A DNA stretch of 64,000 bases from Alphaproteobacteria bacterium (GTDB lineage Bacteria; Pseudomonadota; Alphaproteobacteria; Bin95): assembly GCA_963665325.3 (NCBI GenBank), contig OZ224045.1, positions 2,503,575 through 2,567,574 of the forward strand, in the 5' to 3' direction. Position 1 is the first letter of the stretch. Each line of letters opens with the position of its first letter. Below the pieces are notes generated by a model, which was not told the DNA's origin, made no database searches, and saw only the letters and a program-made list of their open reading frames with translations. Shown piece by piece: positions 58,022 to 64,000 of this stretch. A program made the translations under genes and the position numbers.

Positions 58022-58722
58022 GCTGCGGACCCTTCCTCTTCCATCGGCGTCTGGTCCCGGCCCCGCATCACGATGTCGAAGCCGTAGCCGAGCGCATGTT
58101 CATGCAGGCCGAGGGACGCGTCGGGCGTCGCGACGAGGCGGCTTCGCGCATCCGTGTCGGGAACGGACATGAAGATGGAGTCCAGTTCATTCAACGGGTC
58201 GCCCGGAAAGTACACCTGGGAGATCATCCGGCTCAGGAACGCATAGCCGTAGATCGACAGATGGATATGCGGCGGGCGCCACCAATTGCCGGAATTCGGT
58301 ACCGGATAGGCGCCCGGCTTGATGGTGACGAAGCGGTACCGTCCTTCCGAATCGGTCACCGCGCGCCCTCCGCCGACGAAATGGGGGTCCAGCGGCGCAT
58401 CGCGCCCGTCCACCGGATGACGGTACTTGCCGGAAGCATTCGCCTGCCAGACTTCCACCAGCACGCCGGGAAGGGGTCGCGCATCCTCGTCGCGGACCTG
58501 CCCGGTTAGGACCATCAGCTGGCCGAGCGCTTTGCCGCCAGCGGTCAGGTCCGCCTCGTCCGGCGAGACTCCCTCGCGCGAGAACAGCGGCCCGGTGATC
58601 TCCGAAAGGGTCATCGGCGCTTCTACGAAGGGCTGCGAGGGGGCGAGTTGGCTCGTGCGGAAATAGCGCTCGGAGTTGACTCCCGGCTGCGTGCCCTCCG
58701 GATAAGGTGCATATTCGACCAT
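58018..58722 (-). CDS. pcaH: Protocatechuate 3,4-dioxygenase beta subunit
   Basis: SEITGP, EVWQANASGKYRH, KPGAYP, WRPPHIH (2 Tyr + 2 His iron ligands). Confidence 0.9.
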   Translation of the reverse strand: MVEYAPYPEGTQPGVNSERYFRTSQLAPSQPFVEAPMTLSEITGPLFSREGVSPDEADLTAGGKALGQLMVLTGQVRDEDARPLPGVLVEVWQANASGKYRHPVDGRDAPLDPHFVGGGRAVTDSEGRYRFVTIKPGAYPVPNSGNWWRPPHIHLSIYGYAFLSRMISQVYFPGDPLNELDSIFMSVPDTDARSRLVATPDASLGLHEHALGYGFDIVMRGRDQTPMEEEGSAA

Positions 58723-58754
58723 GAGGGTTCTCCCGGTTGGCGGTCGGAGCCGCG

Positions 58755-60347
58755 TTATGTGCCTGCCTTTACCATGTCTGCTGCCTTCTCGGCGATCATC
58801 AGCACGGCTGCATTGGTGTTGGCCGAGACCATGCGCGGCATCACTGAGGCGTCCACTATCCGAAGGCCCTCCAGCCCCCGCAGACGCAGCGAGGAATCGA
58901 CGACGGCCATCGGGTCGGCGCCCATCTTGCAGGTGCCGATGGGGTGATAGACCGTAGCGCCGTTGATGCGGCAATAGTGGAGGAGTTCGTCGTCGCTTGT
59001 GCGTTCGGGGCCCGGAATCGTTTCGCAATCGATATAGGGAGCGATGGCCGGCTGCTCGAAGATTTTTCGCGCCAGTTTCAACGCGCCCGTCATGGTGTCG
59101 CAATCGGTCTGTGTGCCGAGGTAGTTCGGACGGATGACGGGATGGCGGTCGGGGTCGTTCGCGCCGATATGGATCGATCCGATACTCTCCGGCCGGTGCT
59201 GCCAGAAGCCGAGCGTCATGCCGGGATAGTCGTCGAGCACGCTGATGACGCCGTCCTTGTAGCTCGCCGGCGCGAAGCTGTATTGCACGTCTGGCGTCGC
59301 CACGCCCGGCATGATCCTGACCGAGGCGCTGACATTGCCCGGCGCGGCGGTCAGCAGACCGGTCCGGGTGGTTGCATAGCGCACGGTTTCCCAGAGCAGC
59401 GGCAGGCCCTTCGAACGCTCGTTGAAGGTGCGGATGCCTCTCGCCTTCATGCAGATGCGCGCGACATAGTGGTCCTGCAGGTTCTCGCCGACGCCGGGCA
59501 GGTGATGCACCGGCTCGATCCCGAGCGGCTTGAGGCGCTCGCCGTCGCCTATACCCGACAGTTCGAGCAATTGCGGCGAAGCGATGGACCCCGACGAAAG
59601 GATGATTTCGGCGTTCGCACGGGCCTCTCGAACGACGTCGCCCTGCCGGAACACGACCCCGACCACGCGCCCTTCTTCGACGACAAGCCGCTGGGCCAGC
59701 GCATGCGTCTCCACCCGTAAGTTCGTGCGCCCGTCAGTCTGCCGCAGGTAGCTCCGTGCCGTGCTCTCTCTGCGGCCGTTTCGGATTGCGTGCTGGAAGT
59801 AGCCGACGCCTTCCTGCTCGCCGTCGTTATAGTCGTTGTTGCGCGGGATGCCGGCCTCGACGCAGGCCTCCATGAACAGCCTTGTCAGCGGATGCTGCTC
59901 GATCGGGTCGATGACATTGATCGGGCCGCCGCGCCCCCGAAGCTCCGGGTCGCCGTCCGCGCGGTTCTCGAACCTCTTGAAGTAGGGCAGCACCTCTTCG
60001 TAGGACCAGCCGCGATTGCCGAGCTGCGCCCAGCCGTCATAGTCCTCGGGCTGGCCGCGTACGATGAGGTGGCCGTTGATCGCGGACGAGCCGCCCAGCA
60101 CCTTGCCGCGCGGCCAGTGGATCGCCCGGTTCCCGCTGCCCTCCTCCTTCTCGGTGGCGTAGCACCAGTTGACGGAGGTGTCATAGAGCGTCTTGAAGAA
60201 GCCGGCGGGGATATGGATGAACGGGTTGAGGTCGCGCCCGCCCGCTTCGAGCAGGAGCACGCTGTTCTCTCGGTTCTCGCTGAGGCGATTGGCCATCACG
60301 CAACCGGCGGAACCGGCACCGATAACGATGTAGTCGAAGCTGCTCAT
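58755..60347 (-). CDS. GMC-family oxidoreductase (choline dehydrogenase-like)
   Basis: IGAGSAGC, PRGKVLGGSSAING, GENLQDH, YHPIGTCKMG, NTNA. Confidence 0.92.
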   Translation of the reverse strand: MSSFDYIVIGAGSAGCVMANRLSENRENSVLLLEAGGRDLNPFIHIPAGFFKTLYDTSVNWCYATEKEEGSGNRAIHWPRGKVLGGSSAINGHLIVRGQPEDYDGWAQLGNRGWSYEEVLPYFKRFENRADGDPELRGRGGPINVIDPIEQHPLTRLFMEACVEAGIPRNNDYNDGEQEGVGYFQHAIRNGRRESTARSYLRQTDGRTNLRVETHALAQRLVVEEGRVVGVVFRQGDVVREARANAEIILSSGSIASPQLLELSGIGDGERLKPLGIEPVHHLPGVGENLQDHYVARICMKARGIRTFNERSKGLPLLWETVRYATTRTGLLTAAPGNVSASVRIMPGVATPDVQYSFAPASYKDGVISVLDDYPGMTLGFWQHRPESIGSIHIGANDPDRHPVIRPNYLGTQTDCDTMTGALKLARKIFEQPAIAPYIDCETIPGPERTSDDELLHYCRINGATVYHPIGTCKMGADPMAVVDSSLRLRGLEGLRIVDASVMPRMVSANTNAAVLMIAEKAADMVKAGT

Positions 60348-60565
60348 TCCGCCCTGTTTCCCCCGTCTCCTGTGGCACGGCCCGATCCGCCGGAACGACC
60401 GACCGTTCGGCGATCCCGGTCTGCCCGCGGTGGCGAATATCGAATGCTACTGTGCATCGCAGCTTACGACGCAGCACGCTGAATTCAACAATCGGAGATC
60501 GCTCGCCGTTCGTTTGTAGGATACCGACATGACGAGTGAGGCGGGCGCGCAGGTCGTCCGTCTCT

Positions 60566-61465
60566 TCAGGCCGCGCTCTGGCCGGGTTCCTCGCAGCCGA
60601 TCCGCAGCGACCGGCAAAGCGCGGTGCTGACCTCCGCCTTGTTCAGTGTGTAAATGTGGAACTCGGTCAGGCCCTCGACGGCGAGGCGCCGGCACTGCTC
60701 GGTTGCTACCGCGGCGGCTGCCGATGCGCGCGCCTGAGGCCGCTCGTCCAGGCCCTCGAACATGCGTTCCATCCAGCCGGGAATCGAAGCCCCGCACCTC
60801 GCCGAAAAGCGCTTGAGGCCGCCGAAATGGCTGACCGGCATGATCCCGGGCACAATCGGTGCGCCAATCCCGGCCTTTCTGGCGCGGTCGACGAAGCGCA
60901 ACACCGAGTCCGTGTCGAATGCATATTGCGTGATCGCGAAGCGGGCGCCGGCATCGAACTTGCGCTTGAGGTTGTCGATATCCGCCTCGGGGCTCGCCGC
61001 CTCCGGATGAATTTCCGGGTAGGCGGCCACGGCGATGTCGAAATCGGCGACGCGCATGAGGCCTTCGACCAGATCGACCGCGAAGGCATAACCGCCCGCG
61101 GATGGGTGGTAAGGCCCGTCACCCGGGGCGTCCCCCCGCAAGGCGACGATGCGCCGGATGCCCGAATCCCGGAGTTCGCGGGCGAGTGCGTCGATCTCCG
61201 CTCGACTCGCCCCGACGCAGGTCAGGTGGTGGGCGACGGGCAGGCCGGTTCGCTTTGTCACCCGCTCGACCGTGCCCCGGGTGCGGTCCCGGGTCGTGCC
61301 GCCGGCGCCGTAGGTGACCGAGAAATACTCCGGCCCCAGCGCCGCCAGCCGGTCTACCTCGCGGTCCAGCCTGAGCAGGCCCTCTGGCGTCTTCGGTGGA
61401 AACAGCTCGAACGAGACCCGGATGCCCGAAGGACCGGCCTCTATGTCGCGGATGTGCTTGTTCAT
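60566..61465 (-). CDS. metF: 5,10-methylenetetrahydrofolate reductase
   Basis: SFELFPPKT, SVTYGAGG, HLTCVG, ALRGD, AYPEIHPE, ITQY, HIYTLN. Confidence 0.95.
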   Translation of the reverse strand: MNKHIRDIEAGPSGIRVSFELFPPKTPEGLLRLDREVDRLAALGPEYFSVTYGAGGTTRDRTRGTVERVTKRTGLPVAHHLTCVGASRAEIDALARELRDSGIRRIVALRGDAPGDGPYHPSAGGYAFAVDLVEGLMRVADFDIAVAAYPEIHPEAASPEADIDNLKRKFDAGARFAITQYAFDTDSVLRFVDRARKAGIGAPIVPGIMPVSHFGGLKRFSARCGASIPGWMERMFEGLDERPQARASAAAAVATEQCRRLAVEGLTEFHIYTLNKAEVSTALCRSLRIGCEEPGQSAA

Positions 61466-61512
61466 AATACAAACCGACCGAGGCGGCAGGCCGTGCCCGC
61501 CGCTCCGGCGCC

Positions 61513-63207
61513 TTACTCCGGCTTGCGGAAGAGCTGGATGCCCCAGGCCAGGTGTCCGGCATCCGCAGCCTTCACCCAGTTCTCGAGCCCGACGGTCATC
61601 CTGTCGAGATAGGTGGCCGAGGCGCCGTTTTCGCGCAACCTGTCGTAACCGGCCGTGAGGTCCTCCCGCACCCGGTCGTAGTGGGTGCGGAGATGACCGG
61701 TCATGTCTTCCTGCGCCAACACCTCGAAGCCCAGGGCTTGCGCCGCCTCGCGGTAGAAGCGCCTGGAGCCGAGGCTGTTGAGCTGGAGCCGGTCGTAGAC
61801 GGGCTGGAGCACGCCGTCCGGCACGTCGTCGGCCTGCATCGGGTCGGTAAACACGAAGTAGCCGCCGGGCTTCAGCACACGCCAGACTTCGGCCAGCACC
61901 CTGTCGCGCTGGTCCGAGTGCAGGATGGCGTCTTGACTCCAAACTGCGTCGTAGCTGGCGTTCGGATCGGGGATGTTCTCGAAGACGCCGTGTACGACGG
62001 ACATCCGGCTGCCGAGTTTCGCCTGCAGGTTCCTGGCGCGGTTGGTATCGTTTTGCGTCTCGGAGATGTTCAGGCATGTAGCCGAGCAGCCGGTCTGCTT
62101 GACGAGGCGCCGCATCGAGCCGCCATAGCCGGCTCCGATGTCGAGGACGCGGGTGTCGGGCCCTATATCGGGCAGCATCGCCATCATCCGGTCGACGGTT
62201 TCGGCGCTGGCTTCGCGAATGTCCTGTGTCGTCTCGTAGATGCCGAGATGCAGGTCCTCGCCGCCCCAGACCATTGAGTAGAACGTGTCGGCGTCGTCGC
62301 TGTCGTAATAGTCCTCGGTGATGTCGCGAACGTCGCTCTCGCCTTCTTCGCGGACGCCGCCGCCCCAGCGCACGACATGCAGCGTGGACTTCTCGGCGAC
62401 ATGAATGAAGAAATCCGGATCGTTCTCCGCGTAAGTCTCCTGAAAATCGCCATAAGTGCGCACTCGGGCGAACCCAGCCTCGCTGAGCAGGCGGCGCACG
62501 TAATTCTTGCGGATCGGGCTGAGGTTGAGCGTGTAGTCGGAACCGTCGGCGAAGCTGTATTTCATCCGGACGAGGCTGTCGTCGATATATTCGGGCTCCG
62601 CATTCACCTCGTCGCCACAGTAATAGTATTTGTGCTTGGACGAGAAGCCCTCGTCCAGCATGGTGTCGTAGTTGCGCTGGTCGAGGATCAGCATTCCGTC
62701 ATGCTTCAGCGCGGCGTAGAACTCCGCCAGGGCGCGGCGGCGGTCCATCTCGTCATGCAGGTGGGTGAACGAGTTTCCCAAGCAGATAATCGCGTCGTAC
62801 TTGCCTTGGATATGACGGTTCAGCCAGCGCCAGTCGGCCTGGACGGTCTTGAGGATCAGCCCGCGCGACCTGGCGTTCTCGAAGGACTTGGCCAGCATCG
62901 TGGCCGATCCGTCGCTCGATGTCACATTGAACCCGGCCTCTGTCAGGCGCACTGAGTGGAAACCCGTGCCGCAGGCGACGTCCAGCACGGATTCCTTGCC
63001 GCGGGCGCGAAGGACGTCGATGAAGAACTGCCCCTCGCTCTCGGCACGCGCCGTCCAATCAATCAGTTCGTCCCACTTCTCCACGAACGACAGGATGTAC
63101 TCGCCGCGGTAGAGATCGGTTTCGCGGTCCTCAAGCGGGTCGTCGCTGTAGCTTTGACGGTCGAGCGTGAACTCCGGGTTCTCCGCCAACAGGGACACAT
63201 CTGCCAT
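61513..63207 (-). CDS. Fused glycine/sarcosine + sarcosine/dimethylglycine N-methyltransferase (betaine synthesis)
   Basis: Two SAM domains: FVEKWDELIDW, LDVACGTGFHS, CLGNSFTH, HKYYYCG; then YYDSDDADTFY...WGGEDLHLG, LDIGAGYGG, WSQDAILH. Confidence 0.9.
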   Translation of the reverse strand: MADVSLLAENPEFTLDRQSYSDDPLEDRETDLYRGEYILSFVEKWDELIDWTARAESEGQFFIDVLRARGKESVLDVACGTGFHSVRLTEAGFNVTSSDGSATMLAKSFENARSRGLILKTVQADWRWLNRHIQGKYDAIICLGNSFTHLHDEMDRRRALAEFYAALKHDGMLILDQRNYDTMLDEGFSSKHKYYYCGDEVNAEPEYIDDSLVRMKYSFADGSDYTLNLSPIRKNYVRRLLSEAGFARVRTYGDFQETYAENDPDFFIHVAEKSTLHVVRWGGGVREEGESDVRDITEDYYDSDDADTFYSMVWGGEDLHLGIYETTQDIREASAETVDRMMAMLPDIGPDTRVLDIGAGYGGSMRRLVKQTGCSATCLNISETQNDTNRARNLQAKLGSRMSVVHGVFENIPDPNASYDAVWSQDAILHSDQRDRVLAEVWRVLKPGGYFVFTDPMQADDVPDGVLQPVYDRLQLNSLGSRRFYREAAQALGFEVLAQEDMTGHLRTHYDRVREDLTAGYDRLRENGASATYLDRMTVGLENWVKAADAGHLAWGIQLFRKPE

Positions 63208-63612
63208 GGTTCAATCCTTCCTCGTGTTATCGGCCGGTCCCGTCCGGACCGGCATGTCAAGGATCGGCCCGGTATCGGACCGATGCTCGTCAGATGCTGC
63301 TTGCGCCTGCAAACGGGGCCGGCCCGACAATTCGGCCTGGCCCCCTCAGAAGTCCGGCGCAGCCTGCCCGGGCAATCGCTTGCGCCACTGCAAGGGTACG
63401 GGCAGGAACTCGTTGCGGCCGTCCGGGCCGCAATGGAGGCCGCGATTGCCCGGAGGCAAAGCAGCGCTCTCGAAGTCAGTCCAATGACAAGGGAAGCCCC
63501 CGGGGCCGTTCGGCCGCTCGGGCGAGCCACAGCTTCCCCCTAAGATGGAACGACGATATTACGGGATGAGGCTTTTGTAAAATTTCCGGCCCGCGGCGAC
63601 GCGGAGGCGGGC

Positions 63613-64000
63613 TTAGTCGGCGGCAGCTTGGGCCGCTATGTGGTCTGCGCCTGCGCCGTCGATGACCGCGCCCGAGGACGCCATGCTGTCGATGTCCCGG
63701 TCGCCGTAGCCGAACTCGCGGAGGACGGCGCGGCTGTGGGCTCCCAGGTCCGGTGCCGTTGCGTGGAAACTGCCTTCCGGAGCCGTTTCGATCCCCGGCA
63801 CGACATGCATGGGAACGTGACCGACCGCATCGTGCTCCTGCCATGCTACGGACCCGTTATGGAGCACCTGCGGTTCCCGGAAATAGGCGCCGAAATCGTT
63901 GACCGGCCCGGCAATGATGTCTGCCTCGCCGAGCAGCCTGACCCACTCCGCCGTGGACCGCTCCCTTACCAGCGGGCGCAGCAGCGCGAGCAAGGCAACC
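63613..64000 (-). CDS. Class III CoA transferase, C-terminal part (5' end outside window)
   Basis: EWVRLL...AGPVND...PQV...APDLGAHSRAVLREFGY. Confidence 0.75.
   Translation of the reverse strand, partial: VALLALLRPLVRERSTAEWVRLLGEADIIAGPVNDFGAYFREPQVLHNGSVAWQEHDAVGHVPMHVVPGIETAPEGSFHATAPDLGAHSRAVLREFGYGDRDIDSMASSGAVIDGAGADHIAAQAAAD

Noticed and set aside
58755-60347. betA assignment
   Set aside because: Only generic GMC motifs, and no betB/betI adjacent
63455-63475. SAH riboswitch from minus-strand GAGAGCGCTGC
   Set aside because: Only a partial resemblance; the remaining consensus elements were not found at suitable spacing

Overview
This window looks like GC-rich (roughly 65-70% by eye) alphaproteobacterial chromosome. 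The lineage is inferred from the purD/xseA and helicase-S4-fdxA-carD-rpoH-like synteny, ccmABC and alpha-type palindromic repeats. Most of it is catabolic and housekeeping genes: the end of a nitrile hydratase locus, three TauD-family dioxygenases, a peptide-type ABC transporter, a pyrimidine-degradation cluster with its ABC transporter, creatinase, diaminopropionate ammonia-lyase, two-subunit aconitase X, class III CoA transferases, pcaHG, metF, a fused glycine/sarcosine/dimethylglycine methyltransferase and tRNA-Lys(CTT). The least explained parts are: (i) two related intergenic modules at 12.0-12.4 kb and 13.4-13.6 kb, each a promoter-like motif plus a conserved hairpin plus 10-bp-phased CATGAC repeats; (ii) an accessory hotspot at 36.8-40.1 kb with a solo IS630-type HTH gene behind a LexA-like box, a mazE-mazF pair whose toxin has an extra C-terminal domain, a decayed XRE gene, and an AT-rich two-gene islet bracketed by a displaced copy of the creatinase 3' end; (iii) a 45-bp-period repeat at 42.86-42.97 kb; (iv) a PcaH with a Trp-to-Val active-site change. 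All calls come from reading motifs by eye; no searches were run.
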